Below the pieces are notes generated by a model. It had not been told where the DNA came from and made no database searches. It saw only the letters and a program-made list of their open reading frames with translations. Source: an uncultured Chitinophaga sp. (lineage in GTDB: Bacteria > Bacteroidota > Bacteroidia > Chitinophagales > LD1). From it: a stretch of 64,000 bases of DNA. This document shows, piece after piece, positions 27,364 to 37,250 of this stretch (the first letter of the stretch is position 1; each line of letters starts with the position of its first letter). The DNA lies in the NCBI GenBank assembly GCA_964631835.1, contig CAZWAD010000016.1, forward strand, positions 8,297 to 72,296. The letters are read 5' to 3'. The translations under genes were made by a program, and so were the position numbers.

Positions 27364-28172
27364 CCTTTCAAATGTTTTTCAATCGTAGAGGTATCATCAT
27401 TAAATCTTCCTGAATTTCTTTTTTCCCTTAGCTCATCCAGTGAATCATCATCTGAAGGTCGTTTGACATAAGTGGTTGAATGTTTATCTGCCATTTCTGC
27501 AACCGGCCTTCCGTTTGTATAATAATATGTAGCTACAGATTTTCGGGTAATGTGTTCCGGACTATCTAACGGTTCAGGATGACCGTGATATGATTTTTCA
27601 GAAGTAGAAAAAACAATCAACCTATTAAACAAAGGATAAATTTTTTCACATAAACGGTTAAGAACATGCTTGTCATTTACTTTTTGCCCTTCCCAAACCT
27701 GAAAATCTCCCCGCCATTTTTCATCCCAGTTTTTGTTTAAATACAAAATCACGCTTAGCCTTCTGTCTAGTTTTAATTTCGGGTGGATATTAAAATCTAT
27801 ATGGATATCAAGCTTCCCTCCCTTTTTAGTTTGATGGACACCACCTCCTCTGTAATAAGGGTCGGGAATAAGCCCTTCAATACCTGTTAGTTTTTCCAGA
27901 AAGGAAAGAAATTCGGGTGAATTCATCTCAATCAGTAAATCGCGGATAGGTCGTGGAAGGCTATATATTTTATCAAATCCCAATTTTTTTTCCAACGGAT
28001 TGTTATACTCGTAAAACTGCATTTGGTTAAGGTTAGAAAACGCATCCTCCACTTCATCCAAATTATCAAAGACTCCATCTATGTATATGTGCGGGTAAGG
28101 AGTATTGCTTTGATATTTTCCCGCACACCACGGCATTAATGCACTCATTTTATCGGGGTTAATGTATCTCAT
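27360..28172 (-). CDS. 2OG-Fe(II) oxygenase, prolyl-4-hydroxylase-like
   Basis: TPYPHIYID, GGGVH, DIHIDFN (HxD), ILYLN, SYHGHP, RKSVATYYYT. Confidence 0.9.
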   Translation of the reverse strand: MRYINPDKMSALMPWCAGKYQSNTPYPHIYIDGVFDNLDEVEDAFSNLNQMQFYEYNNPLEKKLGFDKIYSLPRPIRDLLIEMNSPEFLSFLEKLTGIEGLIPDPYYRGGGVHQTKKGGKLDIHIDFNIHPKLKLDRRLSVILYLNKNWDEKWRGDFQVWEGQKVNDKHVLNRLCEKIYPLFNRLIVFSTSEKSYHGHPEPLDSPEHITRKSVATYYYTNGRPVAEMADKHSTTYVKRPSDDDSLDELREKRNSGRFNDDTSTIEKHLKG

Positions 28173-28900
28173 GGGTTTTTATTTTCCGTAGTAATTTCGC
28201 CTTGTTTCATCCAAAAAGCTTGCTTTTTTTCCCAAATCTGATTTAGTAGAACAAAATCCTTGTATGTATCCATACATTGCCAATTGCCTTTGTGTTGATA
28301 CGCGTTTAGCTGCGATAATTGCAACAGTTTTTCAAAAGTTCCATTTTCCAGCATTTCTCCGGTTTTCAGGTGTTTTTCAATATCCCGCTGAAGAACAAAG
28401 TATCCCCCATTAAGCCAATGGTCTGAAACGGGTTTTTCATGAAAAGCAATTACATTATTACTACTATCCGTTTCCAAAACACCGTAAGGCAGATGCGGTT
28501 TCACAGCGGTAAGAGTTGCAGTTTTCCCGCTCTCCTTATGCGCAGAAAGCAATTTCGAAAGATTGACATCACTCAAACCATCAGCATAGTTACAGAAAAA
28601 AATTTCATCACTAATATGCCCCAAGGCATTTTTTAATCTATCTGCGGTTCCACAGTCTTCCCCTGCAAAATCATACGTTATATTCCAATCATTCTCCGGG
28701 TTGTATTTAAAATAACTTTCAAACTCCTCATGTTTATAGCCAGTGCATAAAATGAAATCGCAAAAACCCGCTTTTGCATAAATGCTGAGTACATGCCAGA
28801 TAAGAGGCTTTTCTCCAACTCTCCATAAAGGCTTGGGTAGGTCCGTATCATAGTTTCGGAGTCGTTCGCTTTTACCTCCGCAAAGTATTACCGTTTTCAT
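28169..28900 (-). CDS. rfbF: Glucose-1-phosphate cytidylyltransferase-like nucleotidyltransferase
   Basis: VILCGGK, LPKPL, YADGLSDVNL, FHEKP, WLNGGYF, WQCMDTYKD; near rfbG. Confidence 0.85.
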   Translation of the reverse strand: MKTVILCGGKSERLRNYDTDLPKPLWRVGEKPLIWHVLSIYAKAGFCDFILCTGYKHEEFESYFKYNPENDWNITYDFAGEDCGTADRLKNALGHISDEIFFCNYADGLSDVNLSKLLSAHKESGKTATLTAVKPHLPYGVLETDSSNNVIAFHEKPVSDHWLNGGYFVLQRDIEKHLKTGEMLENGTFEKLLQLSQLNAYQHKGNWQCMDTYKDFVLLNQIWEKKQAFWMKQGEITTENKNP

Positions 28901-28942
28901 TTCTTCATTTATGAGTTTTCACCGTACTTATTTGAAAATGCA

Positions 28943-30613
28943 CTAAACATCTTTCTTCACTTCAAATATCACAACCTCATCGGTCTCCAAAATTTTATCC
29001 AGTAAATTTGAAGATTTTAGAAATGGCTCTATTGTTTCTTCTTCCTGAGTTAGAACCAATGATTTATGTAGTGTAATAAAATCCAGGTTATTATAGTTAA
29101 TCAGTTTTATTAGATTGTTCCCGGATGATACATCCTTTGTAAGTGAATTATTATACATACGAGATTTTGGGAAAAAAGAACCTGAACCGTTAATAACAAA
29201 ATTTTTATGCAAAGTTTGCCAGTACATATACCTATACTCCCTGCTATACTCGCTTACGCCATTTACGTACTGGAATCTTTCTGTAAAAAGACTTGAGGGT
29301 AGTTCGGCAATGACTTTAGAATGTTGTTTTGTATAAAAATTAACATATTCTTCGGGAGGCACTAAAGCAGTTGCATTTCCGCTCTCAATAGGAAAAGGGA
29401 ATGGAGCATTTTCCAATATAAATACTATCATAATTGAAACAAAAACCGGTTGATAATACCGCAGATGTTGTTGTATATATACTAGCCCAAAAGAAAATAG
29501 TACAGAAAGGCAGAAAACTGTAAGTACAAATGTTCTTCCGGGAATTCGATAAAACTGCTGAATAAAATTTATTTTATATAACCAATACAAAGGCATATGA
29601 ATGGTTGTTCCGGCCACCTCCAAAGAAGTTCCGAAGGAAACAAGAACAGATATTATTGTAAAAAAAACAAACAGCAGTTTACGCTTGTCTCCTTTTATTG
29701 TTCCCAGTAATGCAAAACCGACAAAAGCCAACCCGATATTTGCAAAATATTGGTTTTTCAATGCCTTGTCACTTATCAAAAACAATTTTTTGTAAATTAA
29801 GTTATTTGGCCACGATGAAATAAAGTTAACTAATTCAAGACTGTACCTCTGACTAATACCCGGTAGCTCAACCAATGGGTTAAAAACATTTTCACCTTTA
29901 TGACCAAAAAGAATGGAATAAATACCCGGTATCGTAATTAAGACCCCTGTAAAAATCACCACTAGGTAATACTTATAGTGCTTCCCTATTAGTTTAAGCA
30001 AAAGCTCAAAATTGTATAGTAAGATCACCGAAACCATAAGTACGCCAAAAACAAAACTATAGGATGAAAAGTAAAATTGCATACCCAATGCAAAAACAGA
30101 ATAGAACAGATATTTAGGCTTCTGCTCAATAAAATATCGTTCTATAAACAAAAGAACAAAAGGCACCATGAAAAATGCAAGAGCATTTATCATTTCCTGA
30201 TTACATAACATATAACTACAAGTAGAAAAGGAAAGACCTGATAACAGCGAAGCAGGTGCGCTCTTAGTATAGAAATGCGTAAGGCAAAATACACTAAATC
30301 CGTTTAATGCAAAAAGCAATGAAATCAATAAATAAATATTTACTCGATCGCTGAAACCAGGAATACTAATTATTCCATAAAAAAAAGTTTCCCCCCAATA
30401 TTCTTCAACGAAATCACCAAGCCGTTTTTCCGGGTAAAAAGCATTTCCATACGTTTCATGAAATACAATTTCACGAAGTTCTAAGAGATTTGTGCGATAT
30501 ACTGCCAAAGTTCCTATAGCATCAGTATTTCCAATCAATGCGTTGCTCTTAGGAAACGGGAGAAACAAAAGGAGAAAAAATAAGAGATAAACGAAAAAAA
30601 AACGGATTCCCAA
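28943..30613 (-). CDS. Polytopic membrane protein, GT-C/YfhO-like (paralog of 17156-18844)
   Basis: Many TM segments, YRIPGRTF, FILEN, ELPSSLF, YMYWQTLHKNFVINGSGSFFP parallel the first copy (NLPSSLY, YMYEQTLHRANTINGLTGFIP). Confidence 0.6.
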   Translation of the reverse strand: MGIRFFFVYLLFFLLLFLPFPKSNALIGNTDAIGTLAVYRTNLLELREIVFHETYGNAFYPEKRLGDFVEEYWGETFFYGIISIPGFSDRVNIYLLISLLFALNGFSVFCLTHFYTKSAPASLLSGLSFSTCSYMLCNQEMINALAFFMVPFVLLFIERYFIEQKPKYLFYSVFALGMQFYFSSYSFVFGVLMVSVILLYNFELLLKLIGKHYKYYLVVIFTGVLITIPGIYSILFGHKGENVFNPLVELPGISQRYSLELVNFISSWPNNLIYKKLFLISDKALKNQYFANIGLAFVGFALLGTIKGDKRKLLFVFFTIISVLVSFGTSLEVAGTTIHMPLYWLYKINFIQQFYRIPGRTFVLTVFCLSVLFSFGLVYIQQHLRYYQPVFVSIMIVFILENAPFPFPIESGNATALVPPEEYVNFYTKQHSKVIAELPSSLFTERFQYVNGVSEYSREYRYMYWQTLHKNFVINGSGSFFPKSRMYNNSLTKDVSSGNNLIKLINYNNLDFITLHKSLVLTQEEETIEPFLKSSNLLDKILETDEVVIFEVKKDV

Positions 30614-30694
30614 TAAATCGAGTAATTAACGAAATTTGCTGCAATAATACCACATAAATGCCATAAAGGCACGTTTATAACCCATCGCTGGAAC

Positions 30695-32119
30695 TTGAAG
30701 AAGAGGATTATTCTTTTTGATTTACCCACCTATCCTAAAGGTGTTTTACCCCTGTCACTCATAACAGTGGCTTCCAATTTAAAACCATCTTTCGATGTGG
30801 AAATAATTGATTTAAATCTAGAGGAAATCGCTGTACTTCATGATAGTCTATTGATGAAAAATGTGGTTTTGTTTGGTTTCAAAGTAAGTGCTCAAAATTT
30901 TAAGCAGGCAGTTGAATTTACCAAACTTCTAAAAGAGAATAATCCTAATATTCCTATTGTTTGGGGAGGAGAATTACCCACTTTGATTCCCGAGGATTGT
31001 CTTAAGTACTCCACCTGTGTTGTGACTGGGTTATTTGAAAATATAGCCGACCGGTTTATTTCTGACTTGCAGGCAGGAAAACTTCTTAATAAATATTCAT
31101 CTGAAGCAAAAACTGTCAGCTTCGGTAAATGTCCAACGATTGATTACAACACAGTAAAATCCATCCATAAGTACTATTCGTTTATGGGTATGCCTTTAGA
31201 AACATCTAGAGGTTGTACCGAGAAATGCACATTTTGTATGGTACATTCCATGCAAAATGTAAATTATAGTTTTAAAACTAAAGAGCGAATTGGGCAAGAA
31301 TTATCAAACCTGAACGGGCATTTCTTGAATGTAATTGATTATAATTTTGCTGTAAATGAAAATCATGTTTTGGAAGTCGCTAATGCTATTAAGAATTCAG
31401 GAGCAGTCGGCTGGATGGCGGAGATGTGTATTGAATCGCTCGATAATGAAAACGTATTAGTGGCACTAAAGGAAAGCCGCTGCAAAATAATTTACTGCGG
31501 CATTGAAACTATTGAAGAGACCGCGCTTCAGTCTATTCATAAAATGAATACTAATCGCATTTCTAATTATGAAAGAATAATCCGGAAAGCCCAGTCGTAC
31601 GGAATTCAGGTTGCCGCTGGAATAATTCTTGGTATTGAAGGAATGAAATACGAAACTTTCAACCTGCTGTTTGATTTCTTTTCCAGAACCGGAATTATTT
31701 ATGCCAAACTAACTTTCCTGACTTATAATCCCGGAACCAAATCGCAGAAGTACATGGCAAAAAAGGGTACATTTCTGTCCTCGGAAATTGAAGATTACGA
31801 TGGTAATCATTTGACTTATGTGCATAATAATAGTGATCGCCAAGAAGTAATCTCAGGTGTTTCGGAATTTATTAGAAAATTTTATTCGTTTAAGGAAATA
31901 GTTGCCCGTTCTAAAAACACGAATTTAACTATGCTCCAAAGGCTTGAATTTATTTTGTTCAACCTGTGTTACAGACAAGTATATTTAGACTGGATTAGCT
32001 ACCGGATTTTTGAGGGTAACGAAAACTTTAACAAATTGTTAGTTCAAAAATTTAGAAAAACATTTTCGGTTCAACTGGCCGAGAAATTACTTTTTATTGT
32101 CAGAAAACTGCAGACCTGA
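30695..32119 (+). CDS. B12-binding radical SAM protein (third)
   Basis: LPLSLITVAS, IVWGGELPT, ETSRGCTEKCTFC; TTG start. Confidence 0.88.
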   Translation: MKKRIILFDLPTYPKGVLPLSLITVASNLKPSFDVEIIDLNLEEIAVLHDSLLMKNVVLFGFKVSAQNFKQAVEFTKLLKENNPNIPIVWGGELPTLIPEDCLKYSTCVVTGLFENIADRFISDLQAGKLLNKYSSEAKTVSFGKCPTIDYNTVKSIHKYYSFMGMPLETSRGCTEKCTFCMVHSMQNVNYSFKTKERIGQELSNLNGHFLNVIDYNFAVNENHVLEVANAIKNSGAVGWMAEMCIESLDNENVLVALKESRCKIIYCGIETIEETALQSIHKMNTNRISNYERIIRKAQSYGIQVAAGIILGIEGMKYETFNLLFDFFSRTGIIYAKLTFLTYNPGTKSQKYMAKKGTFLSSEIEDYDGNHLTYVHNNSDRQEVISGVSEFIRKFYSFKEIVARSKNTNLTMLQRLEFILFNLCYRQVYLDWISYRIFEGNENFNKLLVQKFRKTFSVQLAEKLLFIVRKLQT

Positions 32120-32121
32120 AA

Positions 32122-33321
32122 ATGGGGAGGAGATTTGCATATTTATTTTTCCTGGCGAGTTTTACTTGTATCTTACTGATATGCTGCCGAAATAATGTGA
32201 AGAGTCCCCATGAAATGGATGCAGCAGGATTTAGCTTGTTAAGCAGAACTCAGCAGGTTGAAAAATGTGGTTCATGCCATAAAGACATTTTAAAAAATGA
32301 ATTGGAGGGGCCGCACGCTAACTCTTACAAGAAGCTAATGGAACATATTGAGTTTATAAATTCATCTCGTTTTGACCAAAAAGAGTATGCAGAACTTGTG
32401 GAAACTGCCAAACTAAATTGCATGCGCTGCCATGCACCGGAAAATTTGTACGAAACAATTTTTAAAAACTATTCTACCTCTTCCGATTCCCTAATAAATC
32501 TTTTTACTCATCAAGGCCCAGTCTTCCCTGAATGGAGGAAAGATTCCGCAAGTCTTATAACAGGTGTGGATTGCATGAGTTGTCATTTTGACGGTAAAAG
32601 GGTTGTTACCGGAAAAACTTTCTCTGTTTCAAAAACTGATAGTTGTCCGTCATTTTGTTCTCCACTGGCGAGTAATTTGTTTTCCTCTAATGCAAACTGC
32701 GCCCCTTGTCATTATGATGCAGTTTCGGGCATGTATCATTTGACCGATGCAGATGAAAAAACTCTCAGTAGTTGTTCTTCTTCATGTCATCAGGAGTACC
32801 AAAACAATACGGGCACACATTATTACTGGTGGCTACATGACCCTTCGGATAAAACAAGGCCCGTAGTTTTAGGGGGAATATTTAATGGACTGGTGTTTTC
32901 ACTTAATAATACATCATCAGTTCTTAACGCTCGATGGAACAATTATGCAATTCCGCATACCATGAATGAATGCAGGGAAATAACAGCCTTAGTTGAAGTC
33001 AAATCAAGTGATAATACACTCCTTGCTTCAAAAAAAATAAGGCTTAACCGCAAAGATTTTCATGATAAAGCTGCGCTTTCAGCGTGTTTTAAGGATAAAA
33101 AAGTACCAGGATACCGAGGGGAGGAATTTACTGAAATTGCAAAATCAATTTCTTCATCCATTAGTTTGCCTCCATACACTGGAAATGAGTTGAAAATTTC
33201 AATTTCTGGTGGTCATAAACCTCAATATTGGTTTCCAGATTCTTTGATTGAATGGATTTATGAAAAGGATACAATCTTAAATTTGAAAAACACCGTAAAA
33301 GAGCATCCTAGTAAAAAATAA
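32122..33321 (+). CDS. Exported multiheme c-type cytochrome-like (lipo)protein
   Basis: Signal ending LLICC; CGSCH, CMRCH, CMSCH, CAPCH and non-canonical CSSSCH. Confidence 0.8.
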   Translation: MGRRFAYLFFLASFTCILLICCRNNVKSPHEMDAAGFSLLSRTQQVEKCGSCHKDILKNELEGPHANSYKKLMEHIEFINSSRFDQKEYAELVETAKLNCMRCHAPENLYETIFKNYSTSSDSLINLFTHQGPVFPEWRKDSASLITGVDCMSCHFDGKRVVTGKTFSVSKTDSCPSFCSPLASNLFSSNANCAPCHYDAVSGMYHLTDADEKTLSSCSSSCHQEYQNNTGTHYYWWLHDPSDKTRPVVLGGIFNGLVFSLNNTSSVLNARWNNYAIPHTMNECREITALVEVKSSDNTLLASKKIRLNRKDFHDKAALSACFKDKKVPGYRGEEFTEIAKSISSSISLPPYTGNELKISISGGHKPQYWFPDSLIEWIYEKDTILNLKNTVKEHPSKK

Positions 33322-33356
33322 AAAGGGTTAACTGAAGATTAGAAGTTTTTAAAGAG

Positions 33357-34679
33357 TCAAATCTTCGAACTTTCCCATTCCAACGCTGGCATCAATCCTC
33401 CGGGAAATTTCCCGTTATAGTTCAATAATCCTAAGTAGGCCTCATCATAATGAACCGTAAAGGTAAGGGCATTTCTAACATGCAGTAATTCTTCATCGTT
33501 TTCTTTTAACACAAACGCATCAACAGAAAAAACTCCGTTATTGAATAAAAAAGAAGGTATGCGGCATGTTAACTTATACTTCCCTGGTTCTTTATCCAAT
33601 GTATATTTCGTTCCGTTTTTCAAAAAAGGATTGGCTATAAAGACTGGAACTGTAAGGTTATAGGAGAACATGTAACAAAACATGGTGGGAATGTCAGTTA
33701 GTTTTTTGTATAGTGCTTCAATAGTAAGGTTGTCTTCTGATTTGAAAAAGGCCGTCTTAGTGTCGTTAAATATCCGTAGTGATAGCAACTTGATATCTTC
33801 ATTTCCAGGGCACTTCTTTTCCAACCAAGTGACTTTTGTTTTTCCCAAAGCCGTGTGGTGGCCAGATTCGGTATTTGCCGTTCTTTTAATCGTTACACTC
33901 TCCCCTTCAGATACCTCTTCCCAGCTTGCTTCTGTATTTTGTCCTGCCAGATATTTCTGAACTGACTCGGACATATATTCAACTATAACATCAGATACTT
34001 TGCCAAATGCCTTCAGTTCACCTTTTTCCAATAAAACGCAATGACTGCAGACTTTTGAAACTGAGTCCAATGAGTGACTCGCAAAAACTACTGTCTTTCC
34101 GTTATGTTTCAGTTTTTGTATTGCATCCATTGACTTAATCTGAAATTCATTATCACCAACGCTCATCACCTCGTCAAGAACTAAAATATCGGCATCAAGA
34201 TTTACGACAAGGGAGAAGGCTAAGCGGAGATACATTCCTGATGAGTAGTATTTGACAGGAGAATCTATAAAGTCTCCAATTCCGCTAAATTCCAAAATCT
34301 TAGAAAGTTTCTGCTGGGTTTTCTTCTTATTTTCACCTAATATGCTGGCGGTAAGAAAAACATTCTGTCTGCCCGTTAAATCCGGATGGAATCCTGAACC
34401 AATATCTAAAACCGATAAAACTCTTCCCTTCAGCCTTACCTCCCCTTCCGAAGGCAGTAAAATACCGGACAAAATTTTCAGCAATGTTGTTTTTCCGCTG
34501 CCATTTTCTCCAATAACACCCAACGAATCTCCTTTATTTAAACTGAAACTGATATCCGTCAAAGCTTGAACTACATAATTATCGAAAACTGTTTGACCTG
34601 TTAGAAACCGTTTATGTAACTGTTTAACTTCAATGATAGGTAAAAACTTTTCCTTCATCCCACTGAATTTATTTACCAT
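33357..34679 (-). CDS. wzt: Polysaccharide ABC transporter ATP-binding protein with C-terminal Wzt_C-like domain
   Basis: GENGSGKTT, GFHPDLTGRQN, YSSGMYLRLAFS, LDEVMSVGD, and a C-terminal beta domain. Confidence 0.9.
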   Translation of the reverse strand: MVNKFSGMKEKFLPIIEVKQLHKRFLTGQTVFDNYVVQALTDISFSLNKGDSLGVIGENGSGKTTLLKILSGILLPSEGEVRLKGRVLSVLDIGSGFHPDLTGRQNVFLTASILGENKKKTQQKLSKILEFSGIGDFIDSPVKYYSSGMYLRLAFSLVVNLDADILVLDEVMSVGDNEFQIKSMDAIQKLKHNGKTVVFASHSLDSVSKVCSHCVLLEKGELKAFGKVSDVIVEYMSESVQKYLAGQNTEASWEEVSEGESVTIKRTANTESGHHTALGKTKVTWLEKKCPGNEDIKLLSLRIFNDTKTAFFKSEDNLTIEALYKKLTDIPTMFCYMFSYNLTVPVFIANPFLKNGTKYTLDKEPGKYKLTCRIPSFLFNNGVFSVDAFVLKENDEELLHVRNALTFTVHYDEAYLGLLNYNGKFPGGLMPALEWESSKI

Positions 34680-35484
34680 CTATGATAGCAATAAACTCAC
34701 TATCGGATATTGCGGGAGGGATATAATCAAAAATTCCTAAACTGTTGAATCCATCCGGTCTTTGGGATATTTCTGTTTCTAAATAAAAATTTGTTGGCGC
34801 TTCGAAAAGTTCAGCTTTTTCTTTAGGCAAGTCCGAATGCTGAAGGTAAACCTCGGGTCTTGCTTCTGTGGGCAACATGGCAAGAATAATTGCTGGTCGT
34901 AGGGAGGAAGTCTTATTATCATCCGAACCATGAATTATACGTGAATGAAAAAACAGAGCTTCACCGGCTTTCATCTCCATCACTTTCATACGGGGTTTTA
35001 TCAGGTGGTCATACTGCTCATAAGCAAAAGGTAATCCAATTCCTCTAAGAGGGTACGGTAGCTTATGGCTATTTGGCAGGATTTGCAAACTTCCGTTTTC
35101 TTTATTTACATCAACCAAAGGTATCCAAACATTTACACATGTGTATAGTTCCTCGTTTGCATGCCAATCATCATTATGCAGGTCACAAGTACCACCATCA
35201 CCGGGGTGTTTTATTGCAAAGTTGTATGCCAGTACTTTATAGTTATGAAAATGTGAGTTTATTGTTTGTCCTATCAACCGTTCCAGTTCATCATTAATTT
35301 TTCTCCTGTGAGACTTATCGGGACTGGCAAGCGTGTTATAAAATTTATCTTTCAGCAGGGAGTCGCTATCATAATAAAGCTGTAAGCATTGTCGAACTTG
35401 CTCCGAACTGAGTAATGAGTCAACAAAGTATCCTTTATCAAGCAATTCAGAATCTCTTACCCCTTCAGAAAATATTCTTCTCAT
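34669..35484 (-). CDS. PhyH-family Fe/2OG dioxygenase
   Basis: HND motif, VWIPL, NGSLQILPNSH, FHSRIIHGS. Confidence 0.88.
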   Translation of the reverse strand: MRRIFSEGVRDSELLDKGYFVDSLLSSEQVRQCLQLYYDSDSLLKDKFYNTLASPDKSHRRKINDELERLIGQTINSHFHNYKVLAYNFAIKHPGDGGTCDLHNDDWHANEELYTCVNVWIPLVDVNKENGSLQILPNSHKLPYPLRGIGLPFAYEQYDHLIKPRMKVMEMKAGEALFFHSRIIHGSDDNKTSSLRPAIILAMLPTEARPEVYLQHSDLPKEKAELFEAPTNFYLETEISQRPDGFNSLGIFDYIPPAISDSEFIAIIDGK

Positions 35485-35512
35485 ATTTATGAATTTGCTG
35501 CTTTGTCAAAGC

Positions 35513-36337
35513 CTAAGTTAAAGCACTTTCAATTATTTTTTCGCTGTTTTTGCTAACCTCAATTAGCTGTAGCGTAATATTTTCGGGTGAATTCTTTGTA
35601 AAAAAGGTTTCAATTAAGAAGTCATCACCTAAATGCAATTTGAAGTATTCCCCGGTCTTCAAATCACGGTGGTAATGAACGGGACTTGCTTCTGAAGGAA
35701 TAAACACCATCCCGGCAGCTATTCGTTTCTTACTGCTGTGGTTAGGCGCAGAAGAGTGAAGCAAACGCTGGTCGAATAATAGTATATCACCTGTTTTCAT
35801 TAGAATTTCTTTGAATGCCCCGGCATTATAGTGTTCAGGAAACGAAAAGTAAGGGGTATCAATATTGCTACCCCGGATTCCACAATTGGTCAAATGACTG
35901 CCCTTTACCAACTTAAATCCCCCGTTGTATCCTGTTATATCGCACATAGGTATCCATGCAGTAACACCTGTGTATTTTTCCTCATCTACTATTGTCCAGT
36001 CGCGATGCACGGTTACTTCCCCTTCGGTTGAAGGGTATTTTGCCAAAAAATAGGCAAGTATGTTTTTATAATCATTAAAAACCGGAAAAAAGTAAGGAGA
36101 GAGTATAGACGAAACAAACTGATTCACCTTTTTCCTGTATGAGTAATTGGGGCTCCAGTGTGTTGTGAAAAAGGGGGTGTTAATCTGTGAATCAGATAAA
36201 GTTGAATCAAAAAAGTTTTGAAGAGTAATTAAAACATCTGTTGGAATAAAATTTTCCAGAAGTACATACCCGTTTTCTTCAAATGCACTCTGTAAATTTT
36301 CGTCTAAAAAAATCTTGTATTTCTTCATTATGCTCAT
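35513..36337 (-). CDS. PhyH-family Fe/2OG dioxygenase
   Basis: VHRDW, AWIPM, GGFKLVKGSH, FDQRLLHSS. Confidence 0.88.
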   Translation of the reverse strand: MSIMKKYKIFLDENLQSAFEENGYVLLENFIPTDVLITLQNFFDSTLSDSQINTPFFTTHWSPNYSYRKKVNQFVSSILSPYFFPVFNDYKNILAYFLAKYPSTEGEVTVHRDWTIVDEEKYTGVTAWIPMCDITGYNGGFKLVKGSHLTNCGIRGSNIDTPYFSFPEHYNAGAFKEILMKTGDILLFDQRLLHSSAPNHSSKKRIAAGMVFIPSEASPVHYHRDLKTGEYFKLHLGDDFLIETFFTKNSPENITLQLIEVSKNSEKIIESALT

Positions 36338-36344
36338 TTCCTTA

Positions 36345-37250
36345 TTATAATGAATACCTTTTTATCAACTCTATCATTTCTTCTTCGCCTAAACTAGTTA
36401 CGTCATATGTCTCGTCATCCAATTTTGAATATGGCGGGCATGGCGGACGCTGCATAAAATCGAAATTGTAAAAAAAGTCTATATCCACATTGTACACCTC
36501 TATTTTTCCTGTCAATGTATTTTCATCCTTATAATGATGAAGAAATAAGGCTTCTCTAGGTTTTATAAAATAATTGATAGCAGTTCGGATATCACTTCCC
36601 ATATTACTTGAAGAATGGTGAATAGTAGCGCTATCGAAAAACAGAACTTCTCCCGCTTTCATAGGTATAGGTGTCAAGTTCTGAAAAATGAGATGCTGCA
36701 TTCCGTCATATAACCAGGGAATGTTAAGAGAACGAAACCTGTTTCCCCAAAGATGGCTTCCCTTCAGAACATGCATTGCGCCTGTATTTATATCTGTATC
36801 AACTAAAGCTACCCAAGCATATACTGCGGGGTATTTTGTTTCATCAGTATGGCTGCTGTCCTGATGTGAAGTAAGTTCACTAATCGGTGAAGGCCTTTTA
36901 GCTAAAAAAATACCTCCGATAAAATCAGCAGATGCATTATCGAAATATATCTCAAGCCTCTGTGGTAAAATTTTGTCGATACACCGCCTGGCAAAGCTGC
37001 GAATACGAACATCATCCACACGTCCGCTTGTCCAGTGCGTTTCGGGTAGTGGCTTGTCCAGCATTTTCAGAAGCTGGAAAAAATCGTGGTTTAGCTGAAC
37101 AACATCGGAGTTATCAAGGAGTGGCTGAACGGAATAACCCTGCCGTTCAATTTCATTTTGTATTTCCTTGTTGCGAAAAAAAGGGAAATCAAACCGGGCG
37201 CGATTCGCGTTCCTTTCCGGGTAAAATATATTACTCAGCAGTTTGTTCAT
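36345..37250 (-). CDS. PhyH-family Fe/2OG dioxygenase
   Basis: SHQDS, AWVAL, GAMHVLKGSH, FDSATIHHS. Confidence 0.88.
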   Translation of the reverse strand: MNKLLSNIFYPERNANRARFDFPFFRNKEIQNEIERQGYSVQPLLDNSDVVQLNHDFFQLLKMLDKPLPETHWTSGRVDDVRIRSFARRCIDKILPQRLEIYFDNASADFIGGIFLAKRPSPISELTSHQDSSHTDETKYPAVYAWVALVDTDINTGAMHVLKGSHLWGNRFRSLNIPWLYDGMQHLIFQNLTPIPMKAGEVLFFDSATIHHSSSNMGSDIRTAINYFIKPREALFLHHYKDENTLTGKIEVYNVDIDFFYNFDFMQRPPCPPYSKLDDETYDVTSLGEEEMIELIKRYSL

